Notes: generated from the letters alone by a model not told the origin. Positions 9,336 through 19,529 are shown, numbered from the stretch's first letter. The stretch: 64,000 nt of DNA from Candidatus Latescibacterota bacterium (GCA_963667175.2 CAXXXF010000015.1:480001-544000), one strand, 5' to 3'. Numbers and translations are program-made.

Positions 9336-9366
9336 TTGACATCGTGCCGAGTATTGGGCATATATA
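9336..9366 (+). promoter_or_regulatory. Sigma70-like promoter of hicAB with imperfect palindrome in the spacer
   Basis: TTGACA-N17-CATATA(TA); TGCCGAGTATTGGGCA is an imperfect palindrome (possible HicB operator). Confidence 0.5.
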
Positions 9367-9385
9367 TCCCACGGGAGACGTAGTC

Positions 9386-9574
9386 GTGCAAACCAGTTCG
9401 GTACAGATCCGGCGCCGGCTGCAAAGAGACGGATGGCGCCTTGCGCGCCACGGCTCCGGACACGACGTCTATAGACATCCGGTCATCAGGGGAATCATTA
9501 CCCTGCCGAGGCACAGAACGGTATCGCCGGGTGTTGCCCTCTCCATCGCGAGAAAAGCAGGCTGGCTGAAATGA
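9386..9574 (+). CDS. hicA: HicA-family toxin
   Basis: LQRDGWRLARHGSGHDVYRHP...TLPRH...IARKAG; GGGAG RBS + GTG. Confidence 0.88.
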   Translation: MQTSSVQIRRRLQRDGWRLARHGSGHDVYRHPVIRGIITLPRHRTVSPGVALSIARKAGWLK

Positions 9575-9596
9575 AAGACACCAGGGGGGCCCGTGC

Positions 9597-9983
9597 ATGG
9601 TTCGATATCCCGCGCTGATCGATGGCGAAAACGGCGCCTACGGCGTGACGTTTCCCGACCTTCCGGGAATCGTATCCATGGGCAAAACCGTCGACGAGGC
9701 GCTCGTGAACGCCGAAGAAGCGCTTCGCGATTACGTGATCGAGGCCGAGAAGGACGGCGAGACGATACCACTGCCGAGGGCTCTCGAACGGGTGGACGTC
9801 CCGAACGGGCATGCGCTTGTGTCCATCCCGTTGATTCGAATCTCCGGCCGGAACGTGCGCGCCCATATGACGCTGGACGAAGGTGTCGCCGCCTTTATCG
9901 ACCACGAGGCGCGAAGGCGCCGCATGACCCGAAAAGCCTACGTCGAATGGATGGTCCGACGTATCGCCGAGATGGGCGGATAG
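9597..9983 (+). CDS. hicB: HicB-family antitoxin with C-terminal RHH-like domain
   Basis: YGVTFPDLPGIVSMGKTVDEALVNAEEAL; C-terminal VRAHMTLDEG...IDHEARRR. Confidence 0.9.
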   Translation: MVRYPALIDGENGAYGVTFPDLPGIVSMGKTVDEALVNAEEALRDYVIEAEKDGETIPLPRALERVDVPNGHALVSIPLIRISGRNVRAHMTLDEGVAAFIDHEARRRRMTRKAYVEWMVRRIAEMGG

Positions 9984-10014
9984 ACGCCGCAAACGTACGC
10001 CCGGTTGCGGAAAC

Positions 10015-11544
10015 TCACTCGAAAACGACCAGTTCGCCGTTCCTTACGACCAGCACGACCGGATCGTAAACCGCGTCGCCACTCTGGTCGAAGGAGAACG
10101 AGCCCAGAACCGTATCCAGGGCCCTCGTACCCGCCATCGCGTCTCGAATCGCGCCCGCGTCGGTTGACCGGGCGCCGGCGATTGCCTCGGCGAGAATGTA
10201 CATGGCGGCGTACGATTGCGCGGCCCACGTGTCGGGTTCCGTTCCGTATTTCGCGAGGTAATTCTCTACAAAGGTCTCATTCCCCGGCGTGGCCGCCGCG
10301 CCGGACCAGCTGACAAATGAAATCGCGCCTTCCGCGTCATCACCCGCGGCCTCGACTTCAGCCCTCGAAAGGACGGGAACGAGAAAGGGTATATTCGAAG
10401 CGATGCCGACCTCGCGCGCCTGAATCAATATCTCTGATTGTTCGGTACCCAATGCCGAGACAAAGACGACATGAGGATTCAACGCCTTGATGCGGGTTAA
10501 CTGTTCCGTAAACGTGGTATCCCCGGTGCTGATTGTCTCTCGCGCCAGGATTTCGACGTCGATTTCGGCCAGTGTGTTTCTGATCGCCTCGTCGCTGCTG
10601 CTGGAGAAGACGTCGGTCTCGTCCACGATCATGGCGACTCGCCGATACCTCAACTTTTCCTGTGTCTCCCTGACGGGGCCGGGGACCAGCGCATTGACGT
10701 TCAGACCCGCGCGGAAGATATAGTCGCCTATCGCGCTCAGGCCGGCCGCAGTGGAAGTGGAACTGAATGCAATGACCTCGTTCCGTTGGGCGATGGGAAA
10801 CGCTTCCCTGGCCGCGGTGGAAATCACCGGGCCGAGAATGACGGAAACACGTTCCCTATCGATCAGTCTGTTGAACGCTTCAACGGCGCCGTCCGCGGCG
10901 CCTCGTGAATCCTCGACAATGAAGCTGATGCGGGCGCCGCCAAGTTTCGATGAGCCGTTGATTTCGTTCTGCGCGAGCGCAAAGCCGTCTCGCGCGGGAA
11001 ATCCGTATCGCGTCTGCGGGCCCGTCAGCGGAAGGACGACTCCGATCGCGATCTCTGCCGGAAGCCCGCCGGGCGACAGCCTGATCGAACCCGCCACCCG
11101 GGCTTTTTCGCCGATCGGCAGTTCGACCGTCGTTTCGTAGCCGCCGTTTACGGGAATGCTCGACCAGGACCCCGCCACGCTTCCGCCCCGTATCGCGCGC
11201 GCGCGGCAGTAACCGGTCGCCCGGTCGTCTTCGATATTAATCCTCGCCTGGCCGCGGGCGTTGGTTGTGCCCGACCACTCGTATTCCGCCGCTCTCCCCG
11301 ATACGGATCGTCCCAATTCAACCGTGACGCCACTTACGGGCGCCTGACTCTGCGTCACGCGGGCCACCACAACCGCCAACGCCTGATCCCCGCCCGAAGC
11401 CAGCTTGCCGAGCGGCGGCGGCGCCTGCTCGCCGGCCTCCGGAAATTGAGACGTCGTCATACGATCGCCGCCGCAACCCCATGCTGCGCATATGGCCAGA
11501 GGCGGCAGTAACGCACTGCGGATACGAAAAGACAGGGTACGCAT
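10015..11544 (-). CDS. Lipoprotein: N-terminal beta-domain + branched-chain amino acid-type substrate-binding domain (paralog 1)
   Basis: Lipobox AWGC; IGVVLPLTG, EIN..LGG, ILGP, YIFR, G.FSFD..GD motifs. Confidence 0.88.
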   Translation of the reverse strand: MRTLSFRIRSALLPPLAICAAWGCGGDRMTTSQFPEAGEQAPPPLGKLASGGDQALAVVVARVTQSQAPVSGVTVELGRSVSGRAAEYEWSGTTNARGQARINIEDDRATGYCRARAIRGGSVAGSWSSIPVNGGYETTVELPIGEKARVAGSIRLSPGGLPAEIAIGVVLPLTGPQTRYGFPARDGFALAQNEINGSSKLGGARISFIVEDSRGAADGAVEAFNRLIDRERVSVILGPVISTAAREAFPIAQRNEVIAFSSTSTAAGLSAIGDYIFRAGLNVNALVPGPVRETQEKLRYRRVAMIVDETDVFSSSSDEAIRNTLAEIDVEILARETISTGDTTFTEQLTRIKALNPHVVFVSALGTEQSEILIQAREVGIASNIPFLVPVLSRAEVEAAGDDAEGAISFVSWSGAAATPGNETFVENYLAKYGTEPDTWAAQSYAAMYILAEAIAGARSTDAGAIRDAMAGTRALDTVLGSFSFDQSGDAVYDPVVLVVRNGELVVFE

Positions 11545-11574
11545 TGGATCCCCACTCTTTTGGAATTCCGGACC

Positions 11575-13185
11575 TTACGGTACAAACCGATAGACCACCG
11601 GCAACTGCGCGGGATCGGTGATGCTCGGGTCCGTGTGGTGATAGATATTGATGCGTCCGGTTCCACAGTCGCCGAAAGCATCGCTGCTGAGCGTGCCGAC
11701 GAGACCCTGGAATCCGGACGTTGCGAAGAGTTCCCGGCGCAGTGCGTTGCGGTCAACGATCAACGATTCGCCGTCCCGAATCGCAATGGACGCGATGGCG
11801 CTGAGCAACAGCGTCGTGGCATCGTAGGAGTGCGCCCAGTACGGCGTGCCGGGAAATCCGCCGTACGCGGCTTCATACGCGGCCAGCGCGTCGTCTACGC
11901 TCTTTCCGGTCGCGGCGTTGACGTTTGTGCCCAGATCCGCCTCCGGACCCGCGGCGTAGATGCCTTCCGACTGCGGCGTGGCGAGGAATTCCGAATCGAG
12001 AAGGGCCGCGCCGGTGATGAGCGTCGCGCCTTCCAGGCCGTCGAATTCCTTCACCTGCTTCGCGAATGGTATTCCCTCCTCGTCGAAGAGCGGGAAGAAG
12101 ATGCCGTCCGGCCCGGCCTCCGCGAATTCAGCCAGGACGGACGTCATGTCCTGTTGCCCCTTGTCTATCCGCGCGCGGACCGGGACCTCGCCTCCCACGG
12201 CGGCGAACGCATTGCCGAAGGCGCCGACGAGGGCCGTCGTGTACGGGTCACCGTCGTCGACAGCCACCATGCGCCTCAGACCCAGTTTATTGTACGCGAA
12301 GTCAGCCACAGCCCGCGCCTGGAAGAGATCGTTGACCGCCACCCGAAAGTAGCCGGGGTGGTAGTCGGAACTCGCATTGCCCGCCAGGTCGGAGGTCAGC
12401 CTCGGCGACGTATTGGACGGCGAAATCATCACCAGACCTGCTTCACTGATCACCGGCGAGGCGGCCACGGCCGCTCCGGAGCAGGATGTGCCGATTACGC
12501 CCAGCACCCGCGAATCCGCAACAATCTGTTCCGCCCCCGCGCGACCGCCCTCCGGACCGCACGTACCGTCGATTGCCTCGCCGAGTTCGACGCCGTGACC
12601 GTGGATCATCCCAAAATCGGCAACGGCCAGTTCAACGGCATTCCGCGACGGATCTCCGAGCGACGCGGCGATCGTATGGGTAAGCAATGAACGAACGTGC
12701 ACGGCCTCGCCTCCGCCGATCGTCACAAGGGTCCGAACATACGCGCCCGTTACGCGAGCGTGTCCGCCAACGGGCAGATCGACCGTGACTTCGTAGCCCA
12801 TGTTCACCGGTATGCTCGACCATGAACCCACCTGGATGCCGGCATTCATGGCGCGGACCTTATGGTAGCCGCCGCCAGATGCGATTTCCACCCGCGCCAG
12901 GCCGTTCGCGTCGGTGATTCCCGACGCCTCGAAGCTGGCCGCCCGTCCTGAAATCGAACGCGAGATTTCCACCGTGACGCCGCCAAGCGGCGTTTGACCA
13001 TCCAGCACCCTGGCCGCGACCAGGGCCGCTGTCCTGTATCCGCCGGCGGCCAGTTTTCCCAGCGGCTGGCCGCCCCGTTCCCCGGTCTCCGGTATCTGCG
13101 ACGGGGTCACGCGTTCGACGCCGCATCCCCAGGCGACGAACGCGACAAGCGCCAACACCATCAAACTGCGAGTTCCGTATAACAT
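11575..13185 (-). CDS. Lipoprotein: same N-terminal domain + LivK-like binding domain of a different subfamily (paralog 2)
   Basis: Lipobox AWGC; GVIGTSCSG, MISPSNTSP, YFRVAVND, SYDAT; GGAGGG RBS before ATG 13185. Confidence 0.88.
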   Translation of the reverse strand: MLYGTRSLMVLALVAFVAWGCGVERVTPSQIPETGERGGQPLGKLAAGGYRTAALVAARVLDGQTPLGGVTVEISRSISGRAASFEASGITDANGLARVEIASGGGYHKVRAMNAGIQVGSWSSIPVNMGYEVTVDLPVGGHARVTGAYVRTLVTIGGGEAVHVRSLLTHTIAASLGDPSRNAVELAVADFGMIHGHGVELGEAIDGTCGPEGGRAGAEQIVADSRVLGVIGTSCSGAAVAASPVISEAGLVMISPSNTSPRLTSDLAGNASSDYHPGYFRVAVNDLFQARAVADFAYNKLGLRRMVAVDDGDPYTTALVGAFGNAFAAVGGEVPVRARIDKGQQDMTSVLAEFAEAGPDGIFFPLFDEEGIPFAKQVKEFDGLEGATLITGAALLDSEFLATPQSEGIYAAGPEADLGTNVNAATGKSVDDALAAYEAAYGGFPGTPYWAHSYDATTLLLSAIASIAIRDGESLIVDRNALRRELFATSGFQGLVGTLSSDAFGDCGTGRINIYHHTDPSITDPAQLPVVYRFVP

Positions 13186-13419
13186 GGTACGTCCCTCCAC
13201 TCTCATAGCGACCCGCGAAACGGACGCTGTCCTTCGGTCAATCGCCCTGAAAGAAGGTTGAATCCGGCAAAAAATGCCCTTCGACGAACCTGCATGGGAA
13301 GACCGGTTGTGCCGTTGTGTACAGGCCCCAAAATGACGGGCAGCAACCACTGCCCGCCATTTTGGAAAAACATCCGTCAGGTCGAGGTCTTCGAAGCCGA
13401 GAAGAGCGGGCGTGCCAGG

Positions 13420-13590
13420 GAATCTGAGATTTCCGGTTCCTCACGATCACCGCGGGCGGATCGGTCGTATACCGCGTCTCCGTCAGCATTGAAAGAGAAA
13501 CGGAGTAGACGGCGGCTATCAGGGGCGTTGTGGCGTCATACGCGAACGCCATGAAGGGGTTGGCGCGGGTCCCGGGGTCTTCACGACTCC
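13420..13590 (-). pseudogene. Relic of a fifth binding-protein C-terminus
   Basis: Minus strand gives PFMAFAYDATTPLIAA and, in another frame, FSFNADGDAVYD; boundaries approximate. Confidence 0.7.
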
Positions 13591-13641
13591 CGATGAAACA
13601 ACCTCCCGGTCAATGACGCCGGAATGATGAAAAGCGCAAGC

Positions 13642-15174
13642 TTACTCGAAGACCTCGAACGCGCCGTCGCGGACAATCATTACGATCGGCTCGTAAACGG
13701 CGTCGCCGTCCCCGTCGAACGAGAATCGCCCCAGAATCGTGTCGACGTCTCGCGTTTTGGCCATCGCTTCTCTGATCGCCCTCGCGTCCGTCGATCCGGC
13801 TGCCGCAATTGCGTCCGCGAGAAGGTGAAGGGAGGCATAAGAAAGCGCGGCCCACGGACTCGGCGCGGCGCCGTGCTTCGCGTTGAAGCCGTCCACGAAG
13901 GCACGGTTTCCGGGGGTGGCGGCGATGGAAGCCCAGGTCGCAACGGTGATCGCGCGTTCGGCGGCTTCGCCAACGGCGGCGACTTCATCCGGCGTCAGAT
14001 CGGGGACAATGATGGGAACGTTTCCGGGAATGCCGGCTTCACGGGCCTGGATCAGGAGGGGAACCATCTCCGCCGCCAGACACGACACAAAGACGGCGTG
14101 TGGATTCAATGCCTCTACGTTGGCCAACTGATCGCTAAACGTGGTATCCCCGGTCGCAAACGTCTCCCTGGTCAGAATCTCGACGTCGATTTCGGCCAGG
14201 GCGTTGCTCAACGCCTCGTCCAGACTCCGGGAATAGACGTCCGCGTCGTCCACGATCATGGCCACTCTCTGATAACGCAGTTTCTCCTGCGTTTCCCGCA
14301 CGGCGCCGGGAACGAGCGTCCCGACGCTCAGACTTGCGCGAAAAACATAGTTTCCGATTGCGCTCAGACCGGCCGCGGCCGAGATGGGGCTGAACGCCAC
14401 GACCTGATTTCGTTGCGCGATTGGAAAGACGGCTTTCGCCACGGTGGAAATGCCGGGCCCCAGGATGACGTCTACGCCGTCTTCGTTGATGAGTTTGTTG
14501 AACGCCGCAGTGGCGGCGTCTATGGCGCCCTCCGTATCCTCGACGATGAACTCGATCTTTGCGCCGCCAAGTTTCGACGAATTGTTGATCTCTTCGAGAG
14601 CGAATTCAAGGCCTTCCATCGCCGGCCCGCCGTACACGATCTGCGGTCCGGAGAGGGGCATGGCCACGCCAACCGCGACCTTTGCGGGCAGACCGCCGGG
14701 CGTCAGCGAGATCGAACCGGTCGCGCGCGCGCTTTCGCCAATCGGCAGTTCAACCGCCGACTGATACCCGCTGTTGACCGGTATGCTCAACCAGGAACCG
14801 ATTTCGCTTCCGCCACTCGTGGCCCGCGCCGCATAGTAACCCGTTACGCCGGCGCCCCCGATCTCCACGTACGCCTGGCCGCGCGCGTTGGTCGTTCCGG
14901 ACCATTCGAAATCGACGGACCGACCGGAAACCGAGCGGGAGAACTCAACGCTAACGCCGTCTAAGGGCGTCCCCCCGTCTCGCACGCTGGCCACCACCAC
15001 GGCCCGCGTCATGCCATCGAGGGCCAGCTTGCCCAGGGGCCGGGCCGCACTGTCCGCCGCTTCGGGAGTCTGCGACCTTGTCAGGCGCTCGCCGCCGCAG
15101 TTCCAGATCAGCCCGGCGAGAAGCGACAATACGAGTGCTATTCGTGTATTGTTGAACACATCGGATCTTCTCAA
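13642..15174 (-). CDS. Lipoprotein substrate-binding protein (paralog 3)
   Basis: Lipobox IWNC; close similarity to paralogs 1 and 4; start uncertain. Confidence 0.88.
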   Translation of the reverse strand: MRRSDVFNNTRIALVLSLLAGLIWNCGGERLTRSQTPEAADSAARPLGKLALDGMTRAVVVASVRDGGTPLDGVSVEFSRSVSGRSVDFEWSGTTNARGQAYVEIGGAGVTGYYAARATSGGSEIGSWLSIPVNSGYQSAVELPIGESARATGSISLTPGGLPAKVAVGVAMPLSGPQIVYGGPAMEGLEFALEEINNSSKLGGAKIEFIVEDTEGAIDAATAAFNKLINEDGVDVILGPGISTVAKAVFPIAQRNQVVAFSPISAAAGLSAIGNYVFRASLSVGTLVPGAVRETQEKLRYQRVAMIVDDADVYSRSLDEALSNALAEIDVEILTRETFATGDTTFSDQLANVEALNPHAVFVSCLAAEMVPLLIQAREAGIPGNVPIIVPDLTPDEVAAVGEAAERAITVATWASIAATPGNRAFVDGFNAKHGAAPSPWAALSYASLHLLADAIAAAGSTDARAIREAMAKTRDVDTILGRFSFDGDGDAVYEPIVMIVRDGAFEVFE

Positions 15175-15210
15175 TCTTATGAAGCAGACTCTGAGAATCC
15201 CTTCGGAAAC

Positions 15211-15254
15211 AGCAAGAGAAGACAGGCAGCGGTCACTGCCTGTCTTCTCTTGCT
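15211..15254. terminator. Perfect 19-bp stem-loop between paralogs 4 and 3
   Basis: AGCAAGAGAAGACAGGCAG-cggtca-CTGCCTGTCTTCTCTTGCT; weak U-tract. Confidence 0.6.
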
Positions 15255-15301
15255 ATGCGGACCTTTTTGTAAACGGACACTTCAAACCGCGACACGAGAA
15301 C

Positions 15302-16819
15302 TCACTCGAACAATTCGAACGCGCCGTCCCGGACGATCAGCACGATGGGATCGTAGACCGCATCGCCGTCGGCATTGAATGAGAAACGGCCCAGAATCGT
15401 ATCGACGTCCCGGGTAGCAGCCATTGCGTCCTTGATTGCGCTCGCGTTCGTCAAACCGGCGTGCGCGATAGCATCCGCGAGAATGTTCAGCGAGGCGTAC
15501 GAAAGCGCGGCCCACGGACTCGGTTCACTGTCGTTTTCCGCCATATAACTCTCGATGAAGGCCTGATTCCCCGGCGTGGAAGCGTTGGTTGCCCAGCTCG
15601 TAATGCTGATCACCCGTTCCGCGGCCTCTCCTGCGGCGGCCACTTCATCCAGCGTCATTTCGGGAATAATTATGGGAATATTCGAGGGGATGCCAACTTC
15701 ACGGGCCTGGATCATAATCTGGATCATTTCCGCCGCCAGACACGAAACAAAGAGGGCGTGCGGATTCGATTCTTTGATGCTGTTCAACTGGTCCGCGAGC
15801 GATGTATCTCCCGTTGCAAAGGTCTGCCGGCTTAGAATCTCCACCTCGCCTTCCGCGAGCGAATTGCTCAGCGCCTCGTCCAGGCTTCTGGAATAGACGT
15901 CGGCGTCGTCGACCAGTGTGGCGACTCTGCTAAACCTCAGTTTCTCCTGCAGTTCCTTGACGGCGCCCGGGACCAGCGTACCCACGTTGAGACCGGATCG
16001 GAAAATATAGTCGCCGATCGCGCTCAGGCCGACGGCGGTCGAGGTCGAACTGAATGCCAGGACTTCGTTCTGTTGGGCGATCGGAAACACTTCCTTTCCC
16101 ACGGTCGAAATACCGGGGCCCAGGATGACGTTTACACCGTCTTCGTTGATGAGTTTGTTGAACGCCGCGGTTGCGGCGTCGATCGTACCCTCCGTATCCT
16201 CGACGATAAATTCGATACTTGCGCCGCCGAGTCTCGTGGAACTGTTGATTTCTGCCCGAGCCAACTCGAAGCCTGCCATCGCCGGCAGGCCGTACAGGGT
16301 TTGAGGACCCGTAAGCGGCACGGCGACACCGATGGCTATCGTTTCGGGCAGACCGCCGGGCGTCAGCGCGATCGAGCCGCCTGCGCGCGCTTTTTCGCCA
16401 ATCGCCAGTTCAACCTCCGACTGATACCCGCTGTTGACCGGTATGCTCAACCATGAGCCGATTTCGCTTCCGCCGCTCATGGCCCGCGCCCGATAGTAGC
16501 CCGTCACGCCGGCGCCACCGATGTCCACGTACGCCAGGCCGCGCACATTGGTCGTTCCGGACCACTTGAATTCCGCCGTTCGACCGGAAACCGAACGCGA
16601 GAACTCGACGGTAGCGCCGCCTACGGGCATCCCGCCTTGTTGCACGTTCGCTACCACCACGGCCCGCATCATGCCGTTCAGGGCCAGCTTGCCCAGGGGC
16701 TCGCCGTTGCCGCCCCCCGATTCCGGCGCCTGCGACCTTGTCAGGCGCTCGCCGCCGCAACCCCACGCCAGGACCCCGACAGCCGCCAACAGAAAGATGC
16801 TGCGAAAACCACGAAACAT
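15302..16819 (-). CDS. Lipoprotein substrate-binding protein (paralog 4)
   Basis: Lipobox AWGC; GGGAGGG RBS; same architecture as paralogs 1 and 3. Confidence 0.9.
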   Translation of the reverse strand: MFRGFRSIFLLAAVGVLAWGCGGERLTRSQAPESGGGNGEPLGKLALNGMMRAVVVANVQQGGMPVGGATVEFSRSVSGRTAEFKWSGTTNVRGLAYVDIGGAGVTGYYRARAMSGGSEIGSWLSIPVNSGYQSEVELAIGEKARAGGSIALTPGGLPETIAIGVAVPLTGPQTLYGLPAMAGFELARAEINSSTRLGGASIEFIVEDTEGTIDAATAAFNKLINEDGVNVILGPGISTVGKEVFPIAQQNEVLAFSSTSTAVGLSAIGDYIFRSGLNVGTLVPGAVKELQEKLRFSRVATLVDDADVYSRSLDEALSNSLAEGEVEILSRQTFATGDTSLADQLNSIKESNPHALFVSCLAAEMIQIMIQAREVGIPSNIPIIIPEMTLDEVAAAGEAAERVISITSWATNASTPGNQAFIESYMAENDSEPSPWAALSYASLNILADAIAHAGLTNASAIKDAMAATRDVDTILGRFSFNADGDAVYDPIVLIVRDGAFELFE

Positions 16820-17219
16820 AACGAACCCTCCCGAGCTATGAATTAGCAGCGAAAAAGAGCCAGAAAGCTACACGCGGCCCCCGCGAAACTGCGCGCGTGC
16901 CGATTCGCCCCTGACTCGTTTATTGATTCCCGTTGGAAATCACAAAACAACTGCGTATCTCCCGGCATCGACGTTGGAATGCGGCGTGCAACCTGCCCGT
17001 TATAATATAAGTGCATTTCGCTTGAGCACAAGGGCAATTTCGAAATTCTTTATTAAAAATGCGACGGTTTCCGGACGCGGAAGCAATCCCGGTCGCGATT
17101 GGAAGGGGCCGTACGGCGAGACCGGTAACGCGCACACCGGTCCACACCGCAAAATCACGCGACCCGTCCGCCGGAGTCCGGCCGTGGAAGTGCCGGGCGT
17201 CAATTCATGCATTTTTGTT

Positions 17220-18842
17220 CTAAATGCCGAGAACGCCTCTCGCCGCCTGGCGCGCCTCCTCCAGCGTTTCGACAATGCGGTGCCTGGGTAGACGTTTCAG
17301 GACGCCGAGGGTCTGCAGGGTCCTCGCCGCCAGGCCGGAAAGTCCCATCACGACGCATTCGGTCTGTTCGCTTTCCGCGAGATCCATGAGCTGTCCAATA
17401 ACCATGGCTGCGCTGTCGTCGAGATACGTGGCGCCTGAGAAGTCGAAGATGACCACTTCGTGGTCCTTGACGTCCGCGCCGATCACCCCGGCCAGCTTGT
17501 GGGAAGACGCGACGGTGAGGCTTCCCCGAAGCGCCACCAGGCCTACGCGCGCCGAGTACGGACTCAGCGCGTCGGCGTCCATGTCCTCCTCCTCGGCGAA
17601 GAACGCCCGGTCCAGCAGCGGCACGGAGACCACGCTGTCCAGCTCCAGTCGTTCCAGTTGCCGCGCATGCACCATTCCGGCGGCGATCAGGCCGATTGCC
17701 ACGGCCGTTACCAGATCGACAAATACCGTGAGTCCAAGCGTGATCATCATGACGATGAGATGCTCGCGCCGCAGCCGGTGTAGCCGGGCAAGAAGACGCC
17801 AGTCGACGACGTCCCATCCGACCTTCATCAGAATGCCGGCGAGAACGGCATGGGGAATCGGCTCCACGTACCGCCCGAGACCCAGCATCAAAACCAGCAG
17901 GAGGATCGCGTACAACCCGCCGGACACCGGCGTCGCCCCGCCTGCGCGAATGTTGGTTACCGTTCCGGTGGTGGATCCGGCGCCGGGCAGCCCGCCGAAC
18001 ATTCCCGATATCATATTGCCTATCCCCTGCCCCACCAGTTCCCGGCTCGCGTCGTGCCGGGTACCGGTCAGCGAATCGGCAACCAGAGAGGTGAGGAGGC
18101 TGTCCACCGAACCCAGAAGCGCGAGAATAAGCGCGGGTTCCAACGCCATCATCAGAAAGGAGACCGTGGGCGGCGTCAGTTGCAGATCCGGCAATCCTGT
18201 CGGTATCCTGCCGATGACCGGTACGTCCGTCAGCCAGAAGACGCCGAGCAACGTCCCGACAAGCAGCGCCAGGAGCGGGCCTGGCAGGTATCTTGCGAAG
18301 CGGCGCGGCCAGAGCGCTCCGACGACGAGCGCGACCGTCGCGATGGCCAGCGCGTTGGTATTGACATTGTCCACCGCGTCGGACAAGGCGCGAATCGTGC
18401 CCACGACGCCGCCCGGCGCCGCGGGGGATCCTAGAAACGGCAGGACGTGGATCACCATGATGATGATCCCGATCCCCGACATGAACCCGGATATGACCAC
18501 GTGCGGCGTGTAGGCGACGAAACGACCGATCCTCGACAAGCCGAGAAGCACCTGCAGCAGACCGGCCATCACGACCACTGTCAGGGCTTCTGAAAGATTG
18601 GACGTGTAGCCCGAAACAATGACCACCAGGGCAACGGTCATCGGCGCCGTGGGACCCGAAATCTGAGTCCGGGTACCGCCGAATACCGCCGCGAAGAAGC
18701 CGACCGCGATCGCGCCGTACATCCCCGCCGCCGCGCCCATTCCCGATGCGACGCCCAGGGCCAACGCCACGGGCAGCGCCACCACGGTTGCCGTGACGCC
18801 GCCGAATACGTCGCCCCGCAGCGCGTTTAAATCATAATTCAT
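17220..18842 (-). CDS. SulP-family anion (sulfate/bicarbonate) transporter with STAS domain
   Basis: LRGDVFGGVTATVVALPVALALG, ISGPTAPM, ELVGQGIGN; STAS VIFDFSGATYLDDSA. Confidence 0.93.
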   Translation of the reverse strand: MNYDLNALRGDVFGGVTATVVALPVALALGVASGMGAAAGMYGAIAVGFFAAVFGGTRTQISGPTAPMTVALVVIVSGYTSNLSEALTVVVMAGLLQVLLGLSRIGRFVAYTPHVVISGFMSGIGIIIMVIHVLPFLGSPAAPGGVVGTIRALSDAVDNVNTNALAIATVALVVGALWPRRFARYLPGPLLALLVGTLLGVFWLTDVPVIGRIPTGLPDLQLTPPTVSFLMMALEPALILALLGSVDSLLTSLVADSLTGTRHDASRELVGQGIGNMISGMFGGLPGAGSTTGTVTNIRAGGATPVSGGLYAILLLVLMLGLGRYVEPIPHAVLAGILMKVGWDVVDWRLLARLHRLRREHLIVMMITLGLTVFVDLVTAVAIGLIAAGMVHARQLERLELDSVVSVPLLDRAFFAEEEDMDADALSPYSARVGLVALRGSLTVASSHKLAGVIGADVKDHEVVIFDFSGATYLDDSAAMVIGQLMDLAESEQTECVVMGLSGLAARTLQTLGVLKRLPRHRIVETLEEARQAARGVLGI

Positions 18843-18880
18843 CGCATTGTGTCCTTATTGTCCGGTCGGGTCGCCTAACG

Positions 18881-19322
18881 GCGGTGAGACGTAAGACGGG
18901 AGACGGTAGAAGATAACGTTAGCATCACACCTGTCCAAAATCGGTTTCAGTCTTGGACAGCATCTGGTTCACTCTCGAGAAGCAATGCCTTGACCAAGGT
19001 CGCCTGAGACTCACAAATTGCCTATTTCACTGGCTTATTGAGACGGAAACAGCACAATTATGGCCGTTGGAATAGTCACTTTGGTCTTGGACAGCATTGC
19101 GCAGACAATGGCAACCTGGTTTTCATTATCTGGGTCAAACCCGTCCAAAATCGCCATTTGAAGCCGTTTTTCGAACCTTATCTCTGGGAATTCGACGGTT
19201 CTTGGACAGCAGTGCGTTAGCATAGTGTTTTCGCATAAACCGTGCCTGTCTGTTTTTCGTTATCGTAACGACAAGAAAAACCATAGGGCACTCACAGTAT
19301 CTTACGTCTACCGTCTCACCGC
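18881..19322. repeat. Heptad-unit inverted repeat (GTGAGAC/GTAAGAC-type) enclosing the MITE
   Basis: GCGGTGAGACGTAAGACGGGAGACGGTAGAAGATA (18881-18915) vs TATCTTACGTCTACCGTCTCACCGC (19298-19322). Confidence 0.7.
18926..19214. mobile_element. 289-bp MITE with 15-bp TIRs and 9-bp target duplication
   Basis: TIRs CACACCTGTCCAAAA / TCTTGGACAGCAGTG; CGTTAGCAT at 18917-18925 and 19215-19223; AT-richer interior. Confidence 0.85.
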
Positions 19323-19459
19323 TTCTGCGGGGCCAGCGGGAGAGGTCTGCGCGCCTATCGCCAGTATATTTCGCGATGCCGTATCGTCCTCCCGTGGCCG
19401 CGGGTTATCATCTCCCGTCTACCCCGGAGGGGCGGGGCACGGGGGGAGCGGTCACAGGC

Positions 19460-19487
19460 TTGACAATGCCCCGATGTACCGTATCAT
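19460..19487 (+). promoter_or_regulatory. Sigma70-like promoter upstream of GPP34 gene
   Basis: TTGACA-N16-TATCAT. Confidence 0.5.
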
Positions 19488-19529
19488 TAGTATCGAACGT
19501 AGACTATCAATTACTGAAAGGATGGGCCG

